A stretch of DNA of 63,936 nucleotides, the filler included, from Conidiobolus incongruus B7586 (taxonomy: Eukaryota), in assembly GCA_000697335.1 (NCBI GenBank). It is 8 parts of 8 records of this genome, joined end to end, with 100 filler letters (N's around TTAATTAATTAA, not from the genome) between each part and the next. Parts side by side here need not be neighbours in the genome. Positions count along the whole stretch, not along the records: positions 1 to 12,490 come from JNEM01006273.1; 7 more parts are not named here. The stretch is one strand, 5' to 3'. The position numbers were made by a program, and so were the translations under genes. Below, in pieces: positions 1-12,590 of this stretch. Each line of letters starts with the position of its first letter. The first letter of the stretch is position 1. The notes beneath the pieces are model-generated. The model was not told where the DNA came from. It searched no databases and saw only the letters and a list, made by a program, of their open reading frames with translations.

Positions 1-793
1 AAGTTTAAATTAAAATTGATTAATAAAAATATAAAATAAATATTTTATAATTTAACTAAAACTTAAAAAAAGTTAGAGTAGCTATTGCTTAATAGAATTA
101 CTAAAGTATAGTTAGAAACTAAGGTTTTTATAATAAATTATTATAATTGATGAATTTTAAGTTTTTTTATATAATCCTTTATTAAAACATAAATCAAAGT
201 GTTTGATTAAGTTAAATCAACTTTTTCTATAAATACCTTTAATTAAACTCTTTATTAATAAATAAATGTTAATTGTAGTAATAAATTATAATAACAAATG
301 CTATTTTTATTTAGTTTTTAAAAGAAGATTAATTAATAAAGTTTATATTTTTTTAAATAAAATTATTTTAAATTAGTATACTAAATATAATTTAAAAAAC
401 TTATTATTTTGCTTGATAATTGTAAAATACATAAATTTAAAGCTGTAAATAGTTTTCTAATTAAAAATAATTAGAAAAAACTACCATATCTAGTATATTC
501 TTTAGATTATAACCTATGTAATTATAATTATTTTAAGCAATTAAAAAACTAACTTATAGGAAAGAAAATATCTATAGGAAAATTTAATTAGTTTGTAAAA
601 TATTAAATTTCAGTCTTTAATAAAAAAAATTATTTTTTAAGTGTAAAATCTTTGTTAAAAGTATAATAAAAGATTATTAAAAATAAGAGATTATTAATTT
701 TATATTATATATTTATTTTTACTTTTTATATATTAAAACATATATTTTTTTCAATCACAAAAAATTCCCATTATTTAAATCACAAATAATATA
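1..793 (+). mobile_element. Hypermutated mariner (DD34D) DNA transposon remnant, 3' two-thirds
   Basis: Manual translation gives *IFYNLT at 37 (cf. WVPHEL), IIIDEF*VFLYNP at ~137-178 (cf. TGDEKW), and ILLDNCKIH ... LPYLVYSLDYNLCNY at 406-525 (cf. HDNARPH ... LPHPPYSPDLAPCDY). There are 34 residues between the 2nd D and the mutated 3rd D. A TIR-like end at ~760-793 resembles the end at ~30012-30047. Confidence 0.85.
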
Positions 794-1999
794 AAATTTT
801 AAAATTTTTAATAGTAAAATATTATTTAAAAAAATTAATTAATAAATTAATTTAAAATAACATTGAAAACAGTTCTAATTATACTATAAAACAATTATTA
901 AAAATTACTAGATTTTCATAAAATATTTTATAATATTTGTTTGATTTTAAATTAAACATATATTAATTTGAAACATTTCGAAATTCAAATTTTATACTAG
1001 GCATATTAAATTATAAGATATGATAATTTATATAAGAATAAACTTAATCTGATAGTTCTTTCTAATAATACATTTACTTGACTTAATTGCTCTAAATTTT
1101 TATTCTATTTTATAAAAATCAAATATATCAAAATTATATGGAATCATTTGTCAATTAATTCATTATTGAATAAATTAAGAATTTATTATTTTGTTTAAAT
1201 ATTTTGAACAACTGAGGTATAGACAAAAGTTGGAAATTTAGATAATTAGAGCCGAGTGAAGGTATTTGTGAACCAAACTAGTAAATAATTATATATGTAT
1301 ACATATTATCGATACAAATTTTTATTATACCATAAAATACACCAAAAAATATTTGGTAAGAATTTTCTTTAAGTTGAAAAAGTATTTGTAATCTATAAAA
1401 ATATCAATGAGTTTATTAATTTCAGAATATATGTTGATATTAAAATAAAATCATACTAAAGTGTAATAATAATATATAATATTTGAATTAATTTATGTTA
1501 AACTATTATAATATTTATCAAAATTTAATTGATTTTGGTTGTATATGATTTTTACATATTATCAAATATTTGGATATACATGAACAAGTCAAAAACTTAT
1601 ATTTGAAACTAAAATAAAAATAATAATAAATGCGATTCAATATGTTAACTTAATTTAATAGTTATATAGATCATATTTCAATAGAATTTTATATTGCATC
1701 GATTTTATTATTGTCACATATTAGATTTTTGAATCCTATTTCTAAAATTATTAAATTATAACTATATAAATTCGTAGAATAACTATTTTATGTTAGTGAG
1801 ATAAATGCTAATAAATTTATTAGTGTAATGTTGTAAAGTTTTCAAATTCAAGTTTAAAGAATTGAATTGCAGAAAAATGCAGGAATGTTTTGAAAAATTG
1901 AAAATTATAATGATTAAATTTAAATAATAAAAACTTTATTCAAAGGATATATAACACAAAGTATTGATAAAAATATAAAATTAAATGAGTATATAACTT

Positions 2000-3454
2000 T
2001 TAAGCAGCAGCTTCTTTGGCTTTGGAGGTGGGAGCATTTTCAGTGATAGCTCCGAATACTTGATCCATCTCTTCAAGTGTCTTGCCCTTAGTTTCAGGGA
2101 ACCAGAAGTAAATGGATATAATCATAATAGCACAAAAAACAGCGAAAATAATATACAAACCGAAACCAATCTTTTTCATCAAGATGGGAGTGACTTGACC
2201 AATAATGAAGTTGAATAACCAGTTGGATGCAGTAGCGAGAGCAACACCTTTGGCACGAATATTCAATGGGAAGATTTCAGAAGGATAGATCCAGGCGATA
2301 GGACCCCATGAGAAAGCGAAACCAGCAACGAATACATAGACAAAAACGATAACACTATAAGTAGCTCCTTGATTAGTGACAATGGCTTTATCACCTTCAA
2401 ATTTAGTGTAAACACCAATCAAGGTACCAACAATGGTCATAGCAACACCCATGATCATAGCACCAGAAATCAGAGTCTTACGACGACCCCAGGAATCGAC
2501 ATAAAGGACAGCAGGGATAGTAGACAAGACGTTGACAACACCATTGATTGCTTGGGCAAGCAATTTACCTTGATTATCCCCTAAACCAGCGCTTGCGAAG
2601 ATAGAAGGAGCATAGTACATAATAGCATTGATACCAGTCAATTGTTGCAAGGCTTGAATAAGAATACCAAGACCAATTCTACGACGGCAACGAGGGCCGA
2701 AAACTTGAGACCAAGTAGTACTAGCAGCTGCTGCACGCTCGAGTTCAACTTCTTCAGAGATCTCATTGAATTCAACAAGAACACGCTCATCATTCAAATT
2801 GCCATTAGCACGAAGCTTGGCTAAGACTTGTTTGGCATCTTCGTGGCGACCTTTTTTGATTAACCAACGAGGAGAGTGAGACAAGAACATACAACCAGCA
2901 GCGAGGATAACGGCAGGGACAATTTGGAGACCAAGAGGAACTCTCCAGGTGGTATCTCCATTTGTGAAAGTGAAGGCATAGTTCAAAATGAAAGCAAGGA
3001 AAATACCAATGGTAATGGCCCATTGCTGGAGGGAAATCAATCGACCTCTAAGCTCAGGGGGAGAGATTTCGGATTGATAGAGGGGAACAGCCATACTCAA
3101 TACACCAATAGACAAACCGGCAATGACACGTCCAGTGACCATAAGACCTAATCCGCTAGAGGCAGTTTGAAGGGCAGCACCAAGGGTAAAGACACCAGAA
3201 CCAATTAAAATGGTGTATTTTCTACCGAAATAATCACAAGACCATCCAGAAAAAAGAGAACCAAGAAAGCAACCAGCCATGAGAGAAGATACAATACCTC
3301 CCTCTACGCTTGAATCAAGCTCTCCATTATGACCAAAGAGCGCTATAAAGTGAGGCTGGACAATGACACCAGAGATGACACCAATGTCATAACCAAACAA
3401 GAGACCACCTATAGCGGCTAAACTAGCACAAAAATAAACAAACGCTTGACCCAT
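2000..3454 (-). CDS. MFS sugar porter family transporter (hexose/glucose transporter-like), intronless
   Basis: 484-aa ORF with GGLLFGYDIG, DYFGRK, QQLTGINAIMYY, SWGP, PSEIFP and PETKGKTLEE motifs and about 12 hydrophobic segments. Confidence 0.95.
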   Translation of the reverse strand: MGQAFVYFCASLAAIGGLLFGYDIGVISGVIVQPHFIALFGHNGELDSSVEGGIVSSLMAGCFLGSLFSGWSCDYFGRKYTILIGSGVFTLGAALQTASSGLGLMVTGRVIAGLSIGVLSMAVPLYQSEISPPELRGRLISLQQWAITIGIFLAFILNYAFTFTNGDTTWRVPLGLQIVPAVILAAGCMFLSHSPRWLIKKGRHEDAKQVLAKLRANGNLNDERVLVEFNEISEEVELERAAAASTTWSQVFGPRCRRRIGLGILIQALQQLTGINAIMYYAPSIFASAGLGDNQGKLLAQAINGVVNVLSTIPAVLYVDSWGRRKTLISGAMIMGVAMTIVGTLIGVYTKFEGDKAIVTNQGATYSVIVFVYVFVAGFAFSWGPIAWIYPSEIFPLNIRAKGVALATASNWLFNFIIGQVTPILMKKIGFGLYIIFAVFCAIMIISIYFWFPETKGKTLEEMDQVFGAITENAPTSKAKEAAA

Positions 3455-4032
3455 TGAGTCCGATAATGTTAAATAATAACAAGGAAGGTGTTTATATTAA
3501 TTAAAATGGGCAATTAGGGATACTATAAAGAAACTGTTACACTAGGAGCCTGCTTTTATATTTGCCAATTCTTTAATTCTCAGATCACATTGGATTGATA
3601 AAGCGAATAATTCCATATTTGATTTGTGTAATCTTAAATGAGTAGAAAATTGTAATTATACTTGATTGAGTATAATGAAAATATGAAATCAGACATTTAT
3701 TTCTCAATTTTAACAAATTATATAATTAGAAAAATAGACAACTTTTCAAACAGCTATACATAGTTCTAGATTAAGGCGCAAGTTATAAAGCATTAAACAA
3801 ACTGTCGTCTTAAATTTATAAATAATTCCATCATTGTTAACCAATCAATTTTGAGCTATTATTGTTATATAATCGAGTTGAGTCTTATAATATTCAATTA
3901 TATTATATCATCAAAAATAATATTTATCAGATATGTAATACATAATTTCAATTTTAAACAAAAAAGGGAATATTAAATTACAAAATTACAAATCAAATAA
4001 AATTAATTATAAATAATATTTTGAAATATTGC

Positions 4033-4035
<3 letters not shown>

Positions 4036-4093
<58 letters not shown>
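4036..4093. repeat. (TAA)n microsatellite, about 19 units
   Basis: Perfect trinucleotide run seen directly. Confidence 0.95.
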
Positions 4094-4094
<1 letters not shown>

Positions 4095-4949
4095 CAATTT
4101 AGTACAATATATTTTAGATGAATTTATCAGGTTATATATATTACTTTAAGAAAAAAATATAAAATGACTATTTTTTGAGGAGAATTAATAATGAAATTAT
4201 AAGCTTAATTTAGAGTAAAGGGATGATGAAATATTGCTCAATAATATCAAATTGCTCATTGCTTCATAACAAATAAACGTTATCGTGGAGCGGTTAACCA
4301 CTATATACTGAATTAACGATTTTACTGATTAATAAGTGAATTAAAACATCTAACATAAACTGATCATAACGGATATTTTGGAACTTATTCGAGTTAAATT
4401 CGTTGAATTACAAATCTCCCTAAATTTTTTCATAGTCAAATTCGAAAAAAATTCTGTGAAATATTTTGTCGAAGCTCCACTTTAAAAATAAAGTGAACAG
4501 GAGGATAAAAAATTTCAGGGGCTATTTTACCACTTTTAATAATTTTTCAAATATGACAAATTTACTCTCTGATTGAATAGATATATTATTTTTAGCTCTT
4601 TTAATTCAATTGGATATTATTGAGTAGTAGATAATAAGGAATAACTTCAGAACTGTCAGTTATTTTAACACTTGGATTAAATGATTCCCATTGTGTACAT
4701 TGAAAAACTAGCTATAATAAACTTAAGGAACTAAGATATGTTACTGAGATTTGATGTATCAATATGTACACCATTGTATTATTTAATAATTTAATAATAA
4801 TTTGTCAAATAAACTGAAAAGTTCAACTTATTCTAGCGTTACAATTGAATATACAAAAGTTGTACAAATAATAATAATTTAAAATATGTAAGATTTTCTC
4901 CACTCTAATTTTTAAAAATATAAAAAAATTATCTAACAAAATAATAAAT

Positions 4950-6440
4950 ATGAAGAATAGTATCCATTACCTGAAAAATAATCACTGATGTATAAAGAGA
5001 TAACGTTCTAGTCAATGTTGATAAACATATTTCCGATACTCTGCAATCAAATTGAATAAAATCAGAAAATTTTCCCAAAGAAGCATTGAATAAAATGTTA
5101 AAATAAAGTGGAAATTAGTTCGGGGAGAAGTTTAATTGTCTACTGGGCTTAATCGAAACTATGACAAGTGGAGTTGCACATTCGGATGATCTTTAAATTT
5201 CTAATTGGGGTTCGATTAAGTAGCTAGATAATACTTCAATTCATTTGAATACTTATATCATATCAATATCTTTAGTTAACTCTCAATATTATCAATCTGA
5301 ATTGATAACAATCAATCATGTGATATAAGAAATTTTTCTCAAATTTTCTAATTTGGAAAGTTTAAAAATAATATCAAATTTTAACATTCTGTTTTTCCAA
5401 TAATTGAGTAATGAGTATAAATATTTGAATATTCCCAAATATGTAACATTTTTAGGTTGTAATTTATATTGGAGAAAAGATATGTGAAAATACTATTATT
5501 TATGATCAAATAATTGATAATAAACTATCCATTTTCAAAATCTATATAAAAACTTCAAATTTTACTAATTTTAAAAATTTTTATTATATCTTGAATTATA
5601 TTACGGAAAAATATTAACTTGATTGATGAAAATTGAATAGTCCCTGATTTTACTATTATAATTTTTTGTTATTAGGATAAATTCGAATCATTTTAAACCT
5701 GTATAATTAAAATTAAAATTGTAGCATTTTTGATCTATTTATTATTTGAAATATCCTTAAATCATTATCATAACAGTATTAAGATAGATATTTTGTCACG
5801 TGATATTTCAAACTATCATTTAATGATGTTATCATCAGAATATACAAAACAGAAATATTAATTGTATCATCAAGCTCTAATGCATATTATAATTTAACGT
5901 TAAACCAGCTTCACTGCACGAAAGTTTTAATAGTTAATTCACATAAATATGTACCATAATAAAGATAAATTGATTATTAGCATAAAATATTCAAATATAC
6001 TAAAAATGTTTAAATCAAAAGATATTGATGATTTTAGTTTATATAGTTTAGTAATCATCCTAATATATTAATTGTTTAGTTAAGTTTATCAACAATAAAT
6101 GATTTAGTATTTGATACAACTTGACTAATATTGCTTTGTTCTTAGTTTTTGATATACTAAAAAATACTATTAAATTATTATATAAAGTAGATTATCACAA
6201 ATATATTAAAGCATGACCTAGTGATTTTTTCATAAATTGAGAAAATTTCAATTAATAGTATGTATGGTTCGATTAACATATTCCAAATAGTTTTATCATT
6301 CAAAATTTTTATTGAAGATGATACTAGAGATATGATTTTAATAATATCCAATGGATTAATTATTATCATCAAATGATTATTCTTACTACAATTTAGGTGT
6401 ATATCAATCCATAATTAAGCAACTATATTTATTACAAAAG
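4950..6440 (-). pseudogene. Possible degenerate F-box/LRR-like gene relic
   Basis: Fragments IIKIISLVSSSIKILNDKTIW (F-box-like, ORF 6178-6372) and IFKLSKLENLRKISY (~5325-5370, LRR-like), interrupted by many stops. Boundaries approximate. Confidence 0.3.
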
Positions 6441-9219
6441 CCATAATGATAATTAATTCTATTGAATACGATTTGATAATTATGACTAATAAAATATAGA
6501 AATATGAGCGAATATCAATATCCTAATAATGGTATAGTTCGTTTTGTATTTTGGGGAATATTTAATGATGGAATATGAATCTGTTGGCCTTAATTTATAG
6601 AATTTATTTTTTAAATACAATATCAATAGAGAATTTTAAAATAAAGCTTCATTATTTTTTTGAAAGTGAAAATAGATTTAATCTTAGTTTTATCTGAATC
6701 CTTGATATTTTAAAAATTTGCTTATTTGTACTTAATCATGATATTTAGCCACTTTTTATTTTAAATCATTCTAGAGATTGGTATCTAATATGAATATATT
6801 AATAGTTTGTTTTCATTAATTTATTTTTGTATTGAATAGTATGATATTAAGTTGTTTGCAAATATCAATTTTATTTTCATTAAAATAGAACATTGGTTGA
6901 TAAGCAAGATTAACTTGTAATAAATACTATAATTTCAAGTCGTCAATAAATTTCAAATCAACTTCGTAACAGTTATATTATTATCAAAATAATCTATATT
7001 ATACACAATCGTTATTTAAAATCAATTTGATGGAGATTTAATAATTTATCATTTATAATTAGATTAAGCTAGATATTTTAAACCGCAGAATTGCTGATAT
7101 ATGATTTAGAAATATTGTAAATGTAATACAAATATATAACTTGATATGTTCATACTTTGATAATTTCAATTGATTGATACAGCGGTTATATCTGGGGTTC
7201 AATTACTAACAATACATTCAATTTTTAACTCTGAAAATACTAAACTATGAATAATATTGCAAAATGAGCCTTAACTCTTACAATAAATCCTAACCAAAAT
7301 ATTTTATGATATTTGTAATTCGCGAAAATATTATATTTTTATAGATACATTCATTAATTACCATTGGATGATTTTGAGTCTGCAATTTATTTTATTTTGA
7401 GATTAATCAATTATTTATTTCTAATTTTGAAAAATATAAAGTAATATATATATTTTGATGTATTATATATTAGCATTAAATAATATCAAAGTTATAAAAT
7501 ATTGATGTTTAAGGTTGCTAAAATTATATTTTTTAATTGGATATAGTGATGATTAATGTAACCAATTAACCAATCTCAGTTTAGTGAATATTAGTAAATT
7601 CTAAGATACAATATATATATATATATATATATGACTTATTTCTTCATTAGATATTTCAAAATAATTTTAATAATGTCATAAATTACATTGTCTTGATTGC
7701 AAAATATTGTAATTTAAATTTTTTTGGCAATTAATAATTAATTATTATCATTCTGGTGATTATTTCTTAGTGATTATTATATATTTTAATTTCTTTATCA
7801 CTCTTAGTTCAAACACTTTTTAAACTAATCAGCTGGATAAATTTATCATAGTTGGCTGATAAATTATATATTATATTTTGAAAAATGTAAATAAGATGTA
7901 TATAATTTATAAGTAACTAAAAAAGAATAAGTTTAAAATTATATCACTATATATTATTTGGGTCTACCTTTATTTATTATTATTATTATTATTAAAATAA
8001 AAAATAAATTGCTTTATGATTAACTATATAAAATTATTAAGCTTAATTATATTTAAAGCTGATTACATTTGAGATTATACAAATAGTTACATAATATAAT
8101 GTGAATGAAAGTAAACTCTAAAACAAGAAATATTTAGTTAATATTTACTTGATTCAAAACAATTTATAAATAATATACAAGATCCTTGAAAAGCCATCAA
8201 TTAATAGCAATTTATTATATATTTTCATCATATTAATATCTATTTAATAATCTATTTGGATAAAGTTAAATTTTGATTGAAATAGATAAATAGTTTTTTA
8301 ATATTAAATATTTATCCTATCCAATTCAAATATCTATTATAATTATCAATATTTATTTTTCTTAAGGGCAAAATTATTGTGTAAAGAAAATTCCGATAAT
8401 TATGAATTCAATGAGAATCCACAATATATATCACTCTATTTTAGAATTATCCATAATTTTCAGACCCGAAAAAATTCCAAATCTAGAAAAAACAAACTTA
8501 TAACCAAATTCATAAATTGTATGCAAGATCTTATCATCATAAAATCACTTGATTATTTTAAATTACCATCAACAGTAAATCTTCTCTCTTATCATTCAAA
8601 TATAATTATCGAAGTACTTTGATATTTTTATTTATAAAAATTGACCATTATATATCCCAGTTAACCTATTTATTAAATTCATTGTGATTTATATCTTTGT
8701 TTCAATTTTTGATGAATAAAATTAATGCTAAGATCATATAATGATCAAATAATATTAATTTCAAAATTAACTGTTTTAAATTTATTCTAGAGTTTAACTT
8801 ATACTTTACAATTGATTTTTGTGATAATAGTTCTTAGTTATATCTGATAATACTAATAAACAATATTTAAATCATGATGCCATATCTTAATCTTATCCAC
8901 ATACTTTCATGTCTCAATGCTAAATTTAATGAAATTTATAATAAAAACTAGAAAAATAGTTAATATACAAGTGAGGAGTATATATTATTAACATAAAAAT
9001 AGATATAGCTTTTATTAATAAATAATTATATCATCTCAGACTTCAAATTATTGGATAAATATTTATCAAAATAACATAAAATAATTTGTTTATCAATGAA
9101 AAATCAGCACCATCTTAAATGAGGTGATATATGAATGGATTGATAATTAATAAAGAACAATAGTAAATTAATATATTTAATACTTTTATATTCGAAATTT
9201 ACTCTGCTAATAATGGTTT

Positions 9220-9524
9220 TGTGGTTACTTAGATAGTAACCCGCCCGACCATATTCATCTCGCGATCTATTACCTTATCAAGATATAACCCAGGAATACC
9301 CGTTGCACCATTTCAAGGTCTCATTTTCCTGAAGGCGAAATACACTTCTTTACACTATCTAGGGCCGACGAATAGTCTAGAAAAGAATCATTGTGGGAAT
9401 AAATTTCATTATCACCTTCGGTCTTCTGTGAAGCTCATTACACCCTTAGCTAACATTAATAAAACACCTTAACCCAAACTACCAAACAAACAACAAACAA
9501 GTCGCTTTCTTTCCTATTATCAAT
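9220..9524 (+). mobile_element. Solo LTR-like element, family A copy 1
   Basis: About 300-bp GC-richer island starting TGTGGTTAC. It aligns over its length with the reverse complement of 24236-24523, contains AATAAA, and is flanked by GTTT/GTTT (candidate 4-bp TSD). Confidence 0.7.
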
Positions 9525-10101
9525 GTTTTACTAGCAAACTGTCGAATCACAGTTTAAAATGCTTCATCATATTCCATATGGAGAAAATTTATTGATTTGA
9601 AATTAATCAAAAGGTTGAAATTCATCGTGAATACTCAGGACTTGTCTCTTAATATTTTTTTTTTCATCAGATTAATAATCCGAATGATTATTTTATTGAC
9701 TTTAATATATTCATATTTGATTTATTTAATTTAATAACTGATTTAGACAATAAATTTTTATAATATTTTGAGTATTGAATTCAGTTTTAAAAAGGATTTA
9801 AAATCTCAGAAATAGCAATTAATATAACCAATTACTATATAATAGGAAATCAATAAATTCATTCAAATAAGGTAAAAAATATTTAATTTTATAATGATAT
9901 ACAATATTAGAAACTACTATATGCAGATTTTGGGTTCTAATTAACATCCCATAATTATCAGATTAATTTTCAATTAATTAAATTAAATGAAACCATGAAA
10001 CTAAAACAATAATTTTGTCAATAAATTTTGTATCTAACAAAAATTATCAATAAAATCGTTTCCAATAAAAAGCATAAATACTAAATATATAACTATTCAC
10101 A

Positions 10102-11294
10102 ATGCCTCGTCATTCTAAAAACAATACAGCTTTAGCTTTTTTAACCTATGAAGAAAGGAGAAAATTGAAATATGGAACTCAAAAGGTTTTCACTCTTAAC
10201 TTATAATATTCAATAATTATTAAAAATAAAAATATAAAGCAAAGATTAGGTAAAGAGTCAATGAAAGATTATGATGTTTGTTATTTATGCTTACAACCTG
10301 CTATCAATCCAATGAGCTGGTAAATCCATTAAATTTTAGATAATTCCATAAAATTAATATGTTGAACTTAGTACCCGCGGCCATATATCTTGTAAAGAAT
10401 GTATATTTGCCAATATTCTTACCCAAAAATCTTTAATTGCTAAAAAGAAAAAGGAATTAGAGCAACAAAATAAGCAGAATCAAGTAGCTATAGCATCATC
10501 AAATGTATATATAATGATTTATACTGAAAATATTCAAACTTAGGATAAACAAAAACTTCAGGAAGAGATGAAAGAACTCGAATTATTATCAAAATTTGAA
10601 AAAACACAAACTACTGTATCAGGTAATATATAATATTTTATCAATTATATATCTTGTCTTAGCTGAACGTTAATTTAGATTCTAATGAGTCAAGTGTCAA
10701 AGAAAAGCCCAGAATACATCCGTTTTTTTCAAATCCAGAATCAGTACCTTCATCCAATAAAATTGTTGAAGTTCCTGAAAAAGAACAGCCTCAATGTCAA
10801 GCTTCTGAGCCCCATTCTATTAGGTAATTTTACAAACATATTAAATAAATTAATTTTAATCTCATAACGCAGCCTGAAAAAACTATTTTCAATAAATTTT
10901 ATTCCAATTAATGGGCAAGAAAAATCATCGGATAAAGGACCCAAGCATATGTGCCCATCCTGTCAAAAGAATCTTCACAATGGAATTAAATTAACAGGTA
11001 ATTAATCACCAGTGTCACTAAGGTCAATCCAAACTGATATTTTAAATTAGCCATTAAGCCATGTGGTCATGTCTATTGTTCTCAATGCTGCAAAAAATTT
11101 ATTGAACCCAGTTTATCATGCACTTATTGTAGCATTCAGTTGACGAAGAAAGATTTTCTTGCCCTACAAACTGATGGTAATGTACCATATAAAATTTGAA
11201 ATAATCTTTAAAGCTAACACATTATTTAGGCACAGGATTTGCAGCTGGAGGAGGACAAATTGAAGCTCAAAAGTATGATGTTGCTTTTCAATAA
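10102..11294 (+). CDS. NOSIP: Nitric oxide synthase-interacting protein (NOSIP)-like RING/U-box protein, 8 exons
   Basis: Manual splicing over 7 short GT-AG introns gives MPRHSKNNTALAFLTYEERRKLKYGTQK/QRLGKESMKDYDVCYLCLQPAINPMSC/TRGHISCKECIFANIL ... CPSC ... KPCGHVYCSQC ... GTGFAAGGGQIEAQKYDVAFQ*. Both termini are typical of NOSIP. Confidence 0.9.
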
Positions 11295-12094
11295 ACTATT
11301 TCTTCCAATTATACCTATATATTCTATAACAAATTTTGTAATCAAATGTAGTAATTTAACTATTAAATTTAATATTAATGTATTATGTTTTTATTTTTTT
11401 TAATCTGATCTCAAATAAACTCCATCTCTTATTCTGTAAATACCTTCAAATAACTATAATACAAAATATCGCACTTTAGAACAAAATGATATTTACAGCT
11501 AAATTTTGCTTTTTTAGGTAATGAGATATACAATCGTACACCATTAACTAATTGCTTTATAAATTCGTTATAACTTTACAATTATCTTTCAAACTTGCCA
11601 AATCTATTTATGTCAGATATATATATCTTAATCTTATAAAAATATGATATATTAACATTCTAAAACCTGCGGATAAATATTAAATTAGAGTTTATATATC
11701 TATATATATTCTAAAATATATGATTATTATAAATTGTATAACTGATTAGGTCAATATCTCAATACTACAAATAAGTTTTTGTGACTCTTAATTTAATTAT
11801 TTAAGAATAAATATTTATCAATTTTATATAAGTGCATATATATTGCCAAGTGAGTATTTTATTGAATTTTATGGTATTAGTTTAGTAAACATTCAAATAA
11901 GGAAATTATTCATAATTTATAATATAAGAAAAAAAATGACAATTTTTTTAAATTTTAATTTTTCAAACATATTGCTAATTTTGATAAATTAATTATTTAG
12001 AAAATATATAAAAGCTAATATTTCCAAATTATATATATAATCTTATTTAAATATTCTTTCATTAAAATAATTTTATTTATAAATTTATTATTAT

Positions 12095-12490
12095 TATTAA
12101 TATAGAAATTAAATAATATTATAATTTTAAAATTATAATTAAATAATAATATTATTATATAATCTAAAAAAATTAATTTATAATATAAATATAATAATTT
12201 CTTTATCATTAATAGCTTTTAGTAATACTTTTAGCAAGCCTTTAATATTTAAAATATAGTTTTTTTTATTAAAGACAGAAATTTGATATTTTATAAACTA
12301 ATCTAATTTATTTATTAGAATATTTTTTCTTGTAAATATATTCTTTAATTATCTAATATAATTATAATTATTTGTTCTATAATTTAGTGAATATTTTAGA
12401 TATAATAGCTTTTTCTATATATTTTATATAAACAATCTATTTTAAGTTTAGTTTTAACTATATTATGATTATAATACAAAATAATAGATA
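12095..12490 (-). mobile_element. Hypermutated mariner remnant, 3' end (same family as 1-793)
   Basis: Reverse complement aligns with ~400-790, e.g. ...AAATTTCTGTCTTTAATAAAAAAA... vs AAATTTCAGTCTTTAATAAAAAAA. Cut by the spacer. Confidence 0.7.
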
Positions 12491-12590
12491 NNNNNNNNNN
12501 NNNNNNNNNNNNNNNNNNNNNNNNNNNNNNNNNNTTAATTAATTAANNNNNNNNNNNNNNNNNNNNNNNNNNNNNNNNNNNNNNNNNNNN
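12491..12590. other. Artificial contig spacer (also at 23817-23916, 28931-29030, 39410-39509, 52471-52570, 60491-60590, 62206-62305)
   Basis: Identical 44N-TTAATTAATTAA-44N blocks; the 12-mer puts stops in all six frames. Confidence 0.97.

Noticed and set aside
2369..3151. Short overlapping ORFs within the sugar transporter, and similar ones within the PH, ALDH, MFS and FAS genes
   Set aside because: They are antisense or alternate-frame shadows of real genes with no recognisable motifs.
12015..12209. I/K/N/L/F/Y-rich ORFs (also 23636, 43524, 51009, 61562)
   Set aside because: These are compositional artefacts of extremely AT-rich or hypermutated DNA.
12491..12590. Recurrent palindrome TTAATTAATTAA between N runs (7 times)
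   Set aside because: It is an artificial six-frame-stop linker, not biology. Gene adjacency and distances across the spacers are unverified.
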